Notes under the pieces: generated by a model | Databases searched by the model: none | Told to the model about the DNA's origin: nothing | What the model saw: only the letters and a program-made list of their open reading frames with translations | In this document: positions 38,561-50,890 of the stretch, piece after piece | Layout: the number at the start of each line of letters is the position of its first letter | Numbering within the stretch: the stretch's first letter is position 1 | Made by a program: the position numbers and the translations under genes | Origin: Vicugna vicugna | Taxonomy: Eukaryota | Direction: 5' to 3' | Length of the DNA stretch: 64,000 nucleotides | Assembly: GCA_013265495.1 (NCBI GenBank) | Contig: MU058824.1 | Span: 2,197,111 to 2,261,110 of the forward strand

Positions 38561-39006
38561 TGTGATAGATGACCCCTTAGTGAGAAGTCACATAACACTG
38601 GCAGGAAAGAAAGGGCCAGAGTCTAATCTGAGGTCTGATCCACTCCAGCATTTGCCAGCTGAGTGACCTTGGGCAAGAGTCTTCACCCTTCTGAGCTTTG
38701 GTTTCCTGACCTTTAAAATGAAAGTTGTAATCTCTGTCCTGCTTACCTTCTAGAGCTGTAGTGAAGGGTCAGAGATACACAGACTATAAAAAAGCTCACT
38801 GAACTCTGAAGCCACTGTGAATTATTCATCTGACCCTAGAGGGGGATAGGAAGATGGTGGTAGAGGATGATGGGAGGAGAGGAAGGAGAGGGAAGAGAAA
38901 AGAGGAGGTACCTGGCTTTGTGCTGGGTCCTGGATTGGAGGGGAAAGGAGTCTGTAGCAGACAGTCTGCTCTTCTTAGAGCTGCAGCGATAGTTTGAGTC
39001 TTTAGA

Positions 39007-39173
39007 ACAGGGGTGTGGCCCAGAACTTTTTGCAGTGATGAAGATGTTCTGTATTTATACTGTCCAATCAACAGCCACTAGCTACAAGTGGCTGTTGAAC
39101 CTTTGAAAAGCAGCTAGTGTAACTGAGGAACTAAGTTTTTTATTTTATTTGGCTACCATGTTGGACAACTCAG
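39007..39173. mobile_element. MER3-like hAT-Charlie MITE
   Basis: agaactttttgcagtgatgaagatgttctgtat...agccactagctacaagtggctgttgaac...ggctaccatgttggacaactcag. Confidence 0.8.
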
Positions 39174-40104
39174 TTCTAAAGAAGGCATAGGAATCTCCCT
39201 CCTTTCCACCTTCCCTATTCTTGTGTCGTAGGCAGGTGCTGTGGTCCCACACTACGTAGAAACTGCAGAAGTCACCAAGATGAACAGGACAAGGTCCCTG
39301 CCCCCAAAGAGCTCACAGTTCATTCTGGGAGATGGACAGATTGGCATGTGGATAGAAAGGACAACCCAGGGTGTGGAGGCACACAGCTCTACAGCTGTGT
39401 GGGAGGAAAAGGAGAGAGCTGCTCACCCAGGTGGGGCTCCAGAGACTGCGTGAAGGATGAAGTGGGGCATTCTGGGCAGGGAAAAGCCTTCCTGATGAGG
39501 GAGCAGCATAGGCAAAGGCTGGAAGGCAAGAAGGAGCACAGAATGTTTGGAGAGTGAAGGTTGGTGTGAGGCTGGAAGAGGGCCAGCGGCAGGAATCAAG
39601 GCCCCTATTGCCAGGAATGCCTGTTGAGCTGATGGGTAGGGGCCATCAGGGGCAGGCCAGGTGAAGGACCTGTCTGTCCAACCTGCCTGGCGCCATTCAG
39701 GACAAATAAAGAGGATGGCTTCAGGGGGTCTCCTCCCCCTGCCCCTTACTCACAGAGTCTTCTCTCCCTGCCTGGCCTTCACGGAAGAGCTTAGGGCCCT
39801 GCTGTCCTCCTTTGGCAGAATCCCTGCGAGTCCTCCTCTGAGAGCACCCTCTTCTCGTCCTCAGCCTTCCCATGAAAAACTTACTCATGACTCACACTTC
39901 AGCGTTACTGGGCTGGGCTGTCTCCTCATTTCACAGGTCCTGGGCTGACAGCCTGACTGACTTCCTAATCGGCACTCCTGCCTCCAACCCCACCTCATTC
40001 CAGTCCAACCTCTTGCAGAGATTAGTGGGAGGAAACATCCTGCCTGAGGATTTGCTGTGGCCCAAATTTGAGGAAAGCTTCAGGGGAGGGCAGCTATTGA
40101 ATGT

Positions 40105-40660
40105 AGTGCCGTGCACATCATTGGCTGCCTGCCTCTCTCCTTTTTCACTCCCTCCTAACAGAACCCTAATCTGATTGAAGTAGCCCCATCATACATACAC
40201 AGCCACAGCCATCTCCCCTGGGGAACTCTGACCCACCCCTAACTTCAGAGATGAGCCCGACTGGTCTCAGGAAAATTCCATTTCCCTTGTCATTGTCCCT
40301 GCGCCAAATCATTGGTTGAGGAAAGGCATGAGATCCAGTTTTAGCCAATGACTCACTGGAGATACCTGCTGGAGACAGCTTCATGGGAAACCCTTAGGAG
40401 AAAGTTTCCTTGCCTTACCCCTGAGAAAGAGATGTAGTAAGAGCTGGTCCCCCTACTTTCTCAGCTTGATGTCATGTGGATGTGATATCTGAAATCACTG
40501 TGGTCACCTCGTTTCTAAGCAGAGTGGGCAGCTTGAAAAAACCTGAAGACACCATTGAACCCCTGAATCGACCCACCCTGAAGGCCTTAGCACCTCTAGA
40601 CTTCCTATTTGTGAGATATTACGTTCCTGTTATTTGCAGCTGAAAGCTTCTTAGCCAATA
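40105..40660 (+). mobile_element. Old MaLR LTR (MLT1K/L-like)
   Basis: cctaacagaaccctaat...ggcatgagatccagttttagccaatga...ttatttgcagctgaaagc. Confidence 0.6.
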
Positions 40661-42192
40661 TGGAGAGGTGAGGTACTTTGGTCAGGATTCTGTTTCAGAT
40701 GATAGATACTCAGTTACAACTGGCTTGAGCAAAAAAGGGGACATGATACCACTTTACATAATAATATAAGATGGATCTCCGTGTGGGCAGATTATGTGGA
40801 TTTATAAAAATGTTTTCTTCTAGTAGTCAGAGCCCATATTGGCTTTGAGAACCATTGTTTAGCTTTGGAAAATGGTGTGTGTGTGTGTGTGTGTTCCAGA
40901 CATTACCATTGGGAAGACAGGGAAGAATGAGTAGGCATTTTTTATCTCATACTGGTAGAGACACACGAGTGAGGATCATCCTTTGAGGGCCCAGGCCCGC
41001 CGCATGTTCTGCCGGGGCCCTGTGTGGCTATTCTAAACTCAGACTTCGGGAGAGATACTGCTGGAAGGTTACTGTGTACGGTGGATCTCCTAGACTTTGG
41101 ATTAGTGCCATCCCTGTGATTGGGGTTGAGCTTTCCCTAACTGGTAGACATTCCTCTGGTGAAGAATTGACATGGGGGCTCCTCTCTCAGAGAAAGGGAA
41201 GGAAAATGGTCTTCAGGATAAGAAACATGAGGCGACCCCCTGTGGAGGGTTGATATTTCTTTATGTTAAACTCTTGGAAGAGTTCTGTTTGCAGTCTAGT
41301 TTTACAGATACAATTACGTTATTCTTCCGGAACTTCCATAGAGGCTGGTAGACATATAACCTTATGGGTGGGTTGTGGTGTTGAGGATGAGTTGAGGGTG
41401 GATCGGAGGCTTTTTTAAAAAACAGTTTCCACATGGGGAAGCCCTGCAGTGATAGTTACATCATATGGCAGGTGACCAGAGCAAAGCAAATGGGGGCCCA
41501 CCAAGAAGCTGAGAGTGGTGGACAGTTGAGACCTTGTGAGATCCATTCCTTAGCCCCTAATAGGTCTCCAAATATTTCTGTTTTGGGCCCCAGTGTCAAG
41601 GTTAGGGTGGGGCTTGAGGGTAGGCACAAGATCTAGGAAGACATACCTCCCCATCCAGCAGCTCCTCGGCCCTCTTGAGTCCTTCCAAAGCCATCCCCAG
41701 GAGGTGGGGCCCCCACTTCCCCCAGAGGTCTTAGATGGGGCCCAGAGTACCCACAAGCTGGGGTATCTGTCCTCTACAAGGAGCACTGATGCCTGTTACT
41801 TCCTCCCTTGTGCTGAGAGGCTTAGGGACTTAGTGTAGCTGTTGAGAAATAAAGCTAGTTAAGTGGTGAGCATTATATTTTGATCCATCAGCCTGTCTGT
41901 TTCCAAAACTCCCTTGTAGACACCATCAAGCAAAGCCTGGCTGTTTTTTTCCCTCCAAAGGCTGCTAAAATTTCTTGGTTGAATATGATATAAGAAACCG
42001 TTTTGTGTTGTTGAGTTCTTCTCTAACCCTCTCCACTGAGGACACCAATTTGGAAGCTTTCTGGGTGCAAGAAGCTTTCTGGGCTGCTCCTTGACCATCT
42101 TGCCTTAACCTGGCATTCAAGGCTCTTTTTCATGAACTAGCCTCCTCAGACTTAGCTCCAGCTACTTCCCAGCATGTACTCTATTTTTAAAT

Positions 42193-42345
42193 TAAAAAAA
42201 ATTAAAAAAAAGTTTTTTGGCAGAGGCAGGTAATTAGGTTTATTTGTTTGTTTGTTTATTTATCTTTAGAGGAGGTGCTGGGGGTTGAACGCAGGATCTC
42301 ATGCATGCTAAGCATGCACTCTACCACTTGAGCTATACCTCCACA
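42193..42345 (-). mobile_element. tRNA-derived SINE (Vic-1-type)
   Basis: ggtaattaggttt...gaggtgctgggggttgaacgcaggatctcatgcatgctaagcatgcactctaccacttgagctatacc. Confidence 0.9.
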
Positions 42346-42689
42346 CTGGTCTATTTTTTTTTTTTAAAGCAAAGCTGTCTCTATTTTTAAATCCAGAGAC
42401 CCATAATTACCCTCCCCTCTTCAATACTTTATTCCTTTTGCCTGAAACACATTTTATTCCCTTCAGCATCCCAGTCTTCCCTCTACATGTCCAAAGTCTA
42501 CCTAGCTTTTAAATCCCAGGGGAAATGCCACCTGTACTACAAAGCCCTGCAAAGCAGGGACTGAAGTCATCAGAGAGACCGATGTTCAAATCTCAGCCCT
42601 ACCACCATTAATCATGTGACTGCAGACAAGTAGCTTCATCTCTCTGAACTTCATTTTCTTGTCTGAAAAGTAGAAATAATTATCCTCAC

Positions 42690-43300
42690 AATCTAATATC
42701 CACCCAGCAACCAGAGGGATCATGTGAAAATATAAGTCAAATAATGTCACCTCACTGCTCAAAATTCCCCAGTGGCTCCTCATTCACCCAGAGTAAAAGG
42801 CAAGTCCTTACAATGGCTCTCTATGCTCTGACTCCCTCCCTCCCATCTTTGAATCATCCATTCCTACTCTCCCACCCCAGACTCCTCACAGAGCCGACAG
42901 CATGCCTGGCATTCTCCTGCCTCAGGGACTTGCCACCTGCCTGAGACACTCTCCCCTATGGATGCTCCTGACTCTCCCTTCACCTTCTTCATGTATTTGC
43001 CCAGATGTCACTTTTGGGGTAAATCCTTCTCTAATTGGCCTGTTTAAAGGTATAAATGCTCCCCTTCTCACTTTTACTCCTGATCCCCCTCTTCTGTGCT
43101 TTATTCTTTCCGTACACATGTCACCTTCTAGTACAATGCATTATTGCCCTATTTGTTGCATCTGTTTTCTGTCTCCTCCTACTAGAAAATAATCTCAAGG
43201 AGGACAGAGTTTTGTCTGTTTAGTTTTCTGATGTATCCTCCAGTGCCCAGAGCAGTGTCTCATAGCAGGGCACTCAATAATTTTTGTAGAATGAATGAGC
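42690..43300 (-). mobile_element. L2 3' fragment
   Basis: aatgtcacctcactgctcaaaattccccagtggctcc...ctcagggacttgc...gcactcaataatttttgtagaatgaatga. Confidence 0.8.
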
Positions 43301-46300
43301 GAGTGAGAGAGTGAAGGATCTCTGACGGCCTTTGAGTCCCAGGAGCCACTGAGAGCTGTCCCTGGTGCTGCCCTGGTCCAGCCTCTGCCTGCCCTTCCTG
43401 CAGACCTGTGCTGACCTCAGCTTGTCTGGTCACTCTCAGCTCCCCTGGCCCTGTCCCTACTCACTCCTCGGCTGCTGATCCAGTCAGTCAGAGAGCAGAT
43501 GAGGAAAATATAAAACATAAAAGGAGGGGTATGAGGCCCTGCTAACTCAGCTCTCAAGGGCCTTCAGGATCAAGTCCAAACTCCCTGGCATATGTTTCAA
43601 GGCTTCTGCCTCCCACTTCAGCCCATCTTGTACTGCTTCATCCTGGTGCCTGTGCTCCCAGTCTCTTTCTGTTCCCTTGAACTATGTGTTCTGTTATGTT
43701 CCTTGACCACCTGTGGCTCCAGATTCCATGCTGTTCCCACTTCCCCTGACTTCTTGTCTACCCAACTCTCAGTCAGCCTTCAGACTTTATCTCAAAGATC
43801 ACTGTCTCCTGAAGGCCTTGCTTGATTCCCAGACAAGGTTTTCACTCCCATGGGGCTCTGACCCTCCCCTTTGATAACAGTTATGCTTGTAATTATTCTT
43901 CATTGCTTCCCTCCCCACTAGACTGGGAGATTATGAGGGAAGGCTCCAGGTCTGTTTTGCTCCCTCCACATCTCCAGAGCTGAGCACAATGCCTGGCACA
44001 TAGAAAGGGTTCAATAAGCCATTGCTGAATGAAGGACTAAAGAGGAAGAAGGAAGCCATAGGAGACAGTTCAGAAAGAACACAGGTTCTGGAATCCAAAT
44101 GACCTGGGTTCCAATCTCAGCTCTGTCCCTCACAGTCTGTGTGACCATGGATAACTCACCACCCCTCTCTGAGTCTCCATTTCTCATCTTTAAAATGTGA
44201 GTAACTATACAGTATCACTAGGGTTGTAGGAATAATTATATGTGATGCTGAGCAGTTACTCAGGACTGGAAGGTGCTGAATAAATGGCATCTACGTTAAT
44301 GATGAAACTATGGAACACTAATAATCATCTCTCCCTGTTTGGCTTCTGTCTGCAAAGTACTTCCAAGCCAATTGTTTTATTTCATTTTTAGAATAGCTCT
44401 TGAAGAGGGAAACTGAGATTAGAGAGGTTAAGCAGCTTATTAAAGGTCACCCAGCATTGTAGGGCTAGACGGAGTCTGGACCGGGTAGCATGACTCTGGA
44501 GCCCCTCTTCTAGGACCCTGCCACTCTCTACTTTACATTGTGGCTACTTGGATACAAATCTTACTGGATTATAAAGAGCAGACATCATGTCCAATTCACT
44601 ACAGAATCTCCAGTTCCCAGTGCAGAGTCTAACAGAGAGCCGGTAGTTGGTGAATGTTGTTGAGTAAGTAAGTTCATGAGTTTATCCACGACTCTGTGCT
44701 CACCTGACTCCCTCTGGCTGCTCAGTTCAGAGCAGGACCCCCCTAACTACCCCCCGCCACTGCCTTTTATTGGCAAGGACAAAAGTCAGTGTGCCTTTGT
44801 AGGGAGTATCCATGGGCATCACTGGAGCATGTCCCTGGCTCCACTGAGAGACAAGTCAAGTGTCCCCTGGAGCCCTGGCCACCTCTCTTTCCCAGCACCT
44901 GCTTGAGTGTCCATTCATCCATGATAGCTGGTCAGGAGCAGTGCTAGAGAGGGTATTGTGTGCAGCCAGATGCCCTGGGGTCTGCATGCTTGCCTCTACC
45001 CAGGGGCTCTGGGCTTGAATGCCATCTCTTAGCCTCTTGGGCAGCAGCTGAGCAGCCAGTCTCCTTGGAGACATCCCAGCCTTGGGTCCTTTGGGCAGGT
45101 AGAACATTGGGAGATTCTTCTCCGAGTCGCTTTCTGGGGGAATTTGATTTATTGGGGGCCTGAGGAGCTGGAGTATTTGTCTCATTTTGTTAGTGCTGAG
45201 TACGCCAAAATGCCTACTTCTTTTTGAATCTAAGGCACATAGAAGAATGAGAAGAACCCAAAGCAAAGAGTTGGAGAACCTGAATGTTGTCCCAACTTGG
45301 TTCCCTCTATGGTATGCCATCAGCAAGGTGCTTCCCTTCACTGGAACTTAGCTTTTGCGGTCGAGAGAAGCATTACTGGGAGGCAAGCTCAAGGATACCC
45401 CCTTCCTTTCTAATCACAAATAAACAGGCAGCTCATGAGAATATAAAGACCACTGGATTCTGAATAAGGACATTTGCCTAAACCTCACTGAGACTTCTCA
45501 TCTGTAAAATGGGGATAACACATACTTTCTGGATCACCTCATAGGTTGTTGGGGGCTCTGGAGATTTCATAAATGTCAACTTATGCCTAAGAGTATGAGG
45601 GAGGTGATGATGATCCCAGCCTCAATCATCTACATTTTAAATAATTAAATCAACTCTCAAGCACTTACCTCATTCAAAGCACTGCACTGAATGCTGAGAC
45701 ATACAGATATATGTCCAGGGATTTAGAACTGCGTGTTTCTGGGCCTTTGCTTTCTAAAAATACCCCCTGTACCGTTCTTAGATGTTATTGCTATAATCGC
45801 CCAGAATAAATTTCCAGAGGGCTGAGAGAAATCAAAGAAGATGTAGAGAGGATGTGAAACAAGGCAGAGAGACAGAGTCTGAGAGCCCACCACTGAGAGC
45901 TCCCTGAGTGCGGGATACTTCAAACCTCAAGACAACTCCAAAAAGAGAGATGGCAGTAGTTCAGTCTACAGATGAGGAGACTGAGGCTCAGCGAGGGAAG
46001 CAGGATGTGGGTCCAGACCCTGTAGTCTGACCCCCAGCTCTGATACTTTGGTAGGTTGATTGACTCTTTCAACCCTTCTTTATTCCACAAATAGTAGTCA
46101 TGCTGATATCCGAGTGGAGGGATCTGAATTTCTGTCTGAGCCTCATTTTTTCCTTCCTGCTTGGGGCCTGGTTCTTTCCTCTCTCACAAGAAGATGTCAG
46201 AGGAGATCAACCTGAGTGCAGGCTCTGTAAGCCAGATCAGCCTCAGGAAGTGAGGGAGTGGGGGCCATTTGCTTGACCCCGACAAGGAAAGGGTGTGGTC

Positions 46301-47164
46301 AAGAGTAGACTTTGACCCCACCCTCAGTCATACTGCTTTACATTTCTCAAGATCCTTGTTAACATAATCAGGGGACTTGTAAGGTCAAGTGAGGCTTCTG
46401 TGTACAAGTGGGAAGAATCTTGTGGTGAGGAAAACTCTGGGTGTCAGTGCGACAGGGTCCTTGCACATGCAGGGGCAGAGTGTGTAGTGGAAAGGGTGCT
46501 AGACTTAAAGCCTGGAAACTTGAGTGTAGTCCCCGTTCAAAAACTTGTTGACTGTGTGACCTTGGACAAGTCACTTTGTCTCTCAGAATCTCATTTGTCT
46601 CATCTGTAGAGGCCCTGATGTGCAGTGGTTGCATAATTCTACATATGAAGGCTTGGATTATTTGGCATAGAGGAAGGAACTGTATAAATGTTAGCTGTTA
46701 TCTGTAAGTGGGATGAAAGTTCCATGTGGCCACTGTCACGTGAGGGAAAATTGGCTATCAAAGCTCCTTATTAAGGGCCCAGTCCCCTGGCTTATAAATG
46801 GCAAGAGATAATTACAATTTACACCATCCAAGCCTCAACTCTACTTTGGGGTCAAAAGATTAAGATGATCTCTGGAGATATATTGGCAGCAACTTTTGTA
46901 TAGTGAATCACTCGTTCATTTCTATCCATGCTGTAAAGGCCAGTCGAAATGATGTAGCCCCAGGATCATAAATTCTAATGATAATGATGATGATAACAAT
47001 ATTAACGATCACTCATTGAGAACTTAAATATGCCAGGGGCTATGCTAGGTATCATATGTACATTTTCTCATTTAATTGTCACATCATCCCTATGAAGTGG
47101 GCATTAACATAATTCCCATTTTCAGATGAGGGAGTTGAGGCACAGAGAGTATAATCAACCTCAA

Positions 47165-47625
47165 CAGGGAATCGAACCAACTGGATGGTTCAAATAGACT
47201 TTAATGAAAGGGCTACTTACAAAGGACTAACAGGGTTATGGGAATAAATAAGAGAGGTTGAGAGACCCAGAGGCTAGCTACAGTGGGAAAGGGCAAAAGG
47301 AGGATGTGCCCAGGGATGGGACTGTAGGGGAGGGTTACCCAGCAGGAGCCATGGTCTTGGAGAGCTGCAGCTACTGCTGGAGAGTCAGTGTCCAAGCAGT
47401 GAGGGGGAGGGCAATAGAAGTATATAGTGGTCCCTCTCTCCTCTCACCCTCTGATCTCACACCAATGGCTCCTATAGCCAAACCTACCTGGAAGCGGCTA
47501 AGCCAGCCAGTGAGAGAGCCTGGGACGTGCAGTCTGCAGGGTTAGTGTCTCAGGACATGGAGCAGGAGAAAAAGTGTGGAAATAGGATTAAGAGATAGGA
47601 AATGGTGCAAATGGAAAACAATCGG
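47165..47625 (-). mobile_element. ERVL-type solo LTR (LTR33/LTR41-like) inserted in a MIR
   Basis: tttaatgaaagggctacttacaaagg...acccagaggctagctacagtgggaa...ctctcaccctctgatctc; the MIR resumes near 47630. Confidence 0.55.
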
Positions 47626-47804
47626 CACATTTGCCTGAAGTCACTCTGCTAATAAGATGCAAAATTCCGTCTATATGCTTACTGGGAACTGGCAGGTCAT
47701 ATAAGGAAGACAGGAAGAGACTAGTGGGCAGGTCATCTATGCCTTATCCGAAGAGGCCTGATGCTATTCAGTTCTAGTCAGTTTTTGCCCTCTGGGAAGA
47801 TAGA

Positions 47805-48566
47805 CCCAGTGTTACAGATCTTCCCATTTTATGAAAGAGAAGCTGAAAATACGGATTTCAGTATAATGCCTTCCATTCTTAACTATTGGCAAATAATTCC
47901 AGCTTAAAATCACACTGGTGAATGGATGAAGAAACTGCGGTACATCCATACAATGGAATATTATTCAGCAATAAAAAGACATGATTGTTCAAGCCATGAA
48001 AAGACGTGAGGGAACCTTAAATGCATATTGCTAAGTGAAAGAAACCAGTCTGAAAAGACTATATACTATATGATGTCAAGTACATGACATTCTAGAAAGG
48101 CAAAACTGTAGAGGCGATGAAAAGATCAGTGGTTGCCAGGAGTTTGAGGGGTTGAGGGGAAGGGAAAATATGAATAGGTGAAACATAGGGGGTTTTTAGG
48201 GCACTGCAACTATTCTTATGCTGCTGTAATGGTGATTACATGACATTATATCTGTCACAACTCAATAGAACCGAACAACACAAGAGTGAACCCTGATATA
48301 AACGGTGGGCTTTCATTAGTAATAATGTGTTATGTTGGTTCATCAGTTGCACCAAATGTACCATATTGATGCAAGATGTTAACAATAAAGGAAACTGCTG
48401 GAGTGGAGGTGGAGGTAGGAAGAGGGGGCATATGGGAGCTCTGTACTTTCCACTCAATTTTTAGTAAATCTAAAACTGCTCTAAGTATAAGAGCTACTGA
48501 ACGTGCCCTGTGGGCCAAATATAACACATGCCTGCTGGATCCAGCTACCAGTTTGTAACTTCTGAC
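47805..48566. mobile_element. MER103-like hAT element split by an L1MC insertion
   Basis: cagtgttacagatcttccc...agagaagctgaaaatacggattt before the L1; tgggccaaatataacacatgcctgc...ccagtttgtaacttctg after it. Confidence 0.6.
47917..48490 (+). mobile_element. L1MC1/2-type 3' end
   Basis: ggtgaatggatgaagaaactg...caagccatgaaaagac...acaagagtgaaccctgat...ttggttcatcagttg...taaaactgctctaa. Confidence 0.85.
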
Positions 48567-49269
48567 CTAATCCAACACACTCATTTTACAGATGGGGAAA
48601 CTGAAGACCAGAGAAGGGAAGGGGCCCTACCAGCCTGCAAAACAAAATGAGTGCAAAGCTTTTCATCTCAGGATGCTGGGGATTTTTCCCACAGAGAGTT
48701 ACCCCTAATCTCCTGCCCCCTCCCCTAAGAAGCTCTGCTGCTTGTGGAAGAAAGGGAAGCTGAAGACAAAGGCCAGGGGAGAGTTTTGGGCCGAAATGGC
48801 CCAGCAGGTAGTGAGAGCCTCCAAGAGCCTAGACGCTCTTAGTGTCTGTGTTTATTTAGTCAGAGCCAGGCTCCCTCCCAGCTTGGCCTGGATCAGACTC
48901 ACTGAATTGGATGCAGAAAGGAGTGGACCCTTGTGACCCTTGTATGTGCCTTAGAGCAGGACAAGACTCAGAGGAAAGGGGCTGCCATCTGCAGGGCCCA
49001 ACCCTGGAGCTCAGGGACTGTGATGTTACGATAACATCAAACATTTGAGGAATTATAAGTGATTTTTTTGAGCCCCTTTATATACTTTATCTCCTCTAAT
49101 TATTCCCTCCCTATCAAGGCTAAAAAGCAGTAGGACAGAGGCTATTATTTTGGTTTTATAGATGAGTAAACTGAGGTGAAAGAGAGGTTAAGTGTGTTCC
49201 TCACACTGAGACAGTGAGTGAGTGGCAGAGATGGGGTTTGAATCCAGGCCTTCTTTTAAATATTAAAAA

Positions 49270-49974
49270 CCATATTTGGTTAAAGACAAAAATAACTGTT
49301 TATAAACACCACACTCTAGTTGTTAAATGTGTTTGTCACAGGGATAGACGTTAGCCTTCTGAAACTACATCTATATGAGGGTTCAAGAAAGAAGTAAATA
49401 CATTGTGGATAATGGGAGCCAGGTTTCTCACCTTAGAGAAAGAAGTCACACATGAGCATGGGGGGAAGACCAGAAGGAACTTTGTGGGGATAGAGTAGAG
49501 TTAGAAGTGTCAGCATGAGTTCATGTCTATTTTAATATGTACACAGATAGATACAGATACAAATATAGATATATGTGTGTACATGGATTAGCATCCTTCT
49601 ACATTTCTGTCTGCTGAGAGGGCCTAGGAGCGGTGACACTTCAGTAGCGGTGAGCACACTCAAGAGTCCAGGCCTTCGTTCCTAAATGCTGTTCTCCAAT
49701 GAAAGGAGCCAGGGCTCCTTGGAGAAATGGCCAGTTCCAAGACTGAGTCAGGGAAAATATGAGATGGTCCTAAAGCCTAAAGTAGTGCTGGAAAGTAAGG
49801 AAGCATTAAGGGAAAAAAAATGATGGAGCATGAAAAAAAGAACAATAAAGAGTTAACCTGAAAGAGCTTCCAGTGGCTAAAGTAAATATGTGTAATATTG
49901 GGTTATAATCCGGAATATTTTAAAAATCCATGAGTCTATACTTATATAAATAGATAGATAGATAGATAGATAGA

Positions 49975-50013
<39 letters not shown>

Positions 50014-50890
50014 GAAGTACCAAATCTTTCTTATAGAAAAATTCCAAGTAATAAATACAGAAAGAATGAGGGAAATAGAAAATCACCATCAGAACACCAC
50101 ACTAATAATTGCAAGATCCACTGAGTATGGTAAAATTGATGGGCAAAACTTTAAGGAGAAACAGAATGTTTGCATTGCCTCAAAGGACCTCCCCGCCAAA
50201 TGTGGTGATTTTAACATATTCCTCTCCCAGGCGGTGGAACTTAATTTCTCACCCCTTGAACTTGGTATGTAGTGTAGGCTGAACTCAGTCTTTCTTTTCT
50301 CTGAGAAGTATATGAAAAGGGAAAAACTGTAATTTTTGGTGTGGTCCCAGGACACTATGTCAATCAAGTGCTCAAATTTGACATCACCAGTAATAACATT
50401 GTTTATATCATACCTCTGATATGATGCAGTGAGGAGAGAATGTCATCTCTGTAATATTCTTCTGAAAACCTTATTCACTCTGTCGTGTCCTGAGGAGAAC
50501 ATCAGACACACTTGAGTTGATGACATTCTACAAAATACACGAGCAGTCCTCTTCAAAAGTGTCAAGGTCATGGGGAAGAAAAAGGAAAGACCAAGGAACT
50601 GTCACAGATTGAGGAGAATAAGGAAACATGATGACTAAATGTAATGTGTTACTCTGTATGGGATTTTGGAACCAAAAAAAGGGACATGAGTAGAAAAATT
50701 AGTGAAATCTCAGTGAAGTCTGTGGTTAACAGTTTTGTGACAACGATAATTTCTTAGTTTTGATACTTTTACAGTAGTTACATAAGATGTTATTATCAAG
50801 GAAAGTTGGGTGAAGGATGAGTGGGGACTCTCTATTCTGTCTTCTGCAACCCTTCTGTAAGCCAAAAAGTTTTCCAAAATAAAAGTTATA
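49270..50890 (+). mobile_element. L1MD/MC-type long 3'UTR fragment
   Basis: gtggataatgggagccaggtttctcac...gagccagggctccttggagaaatggc...ctcttcaaaagtgtcaaggtcatg...ttccaaaataaaag. Confidence 0.8.
49951..50013 (+). repeat. Compound (TAGA)n(TAAA)n tetranucleotide microsatellite
   Basis: Read directly. Confidence 0.95.

Noticed and set aside
40680..41850. CpG-containing segment that may be an old LTR or unique regulatory DNA
   Set aside because: Could not assign a family or boundaries without a library search.
44856..45341. 161-aa minus-strand ORF, among the longest in the track
   Set aside because: Non-ATG start, no recognisable domain, and no splice or pseudogene hallmarks.
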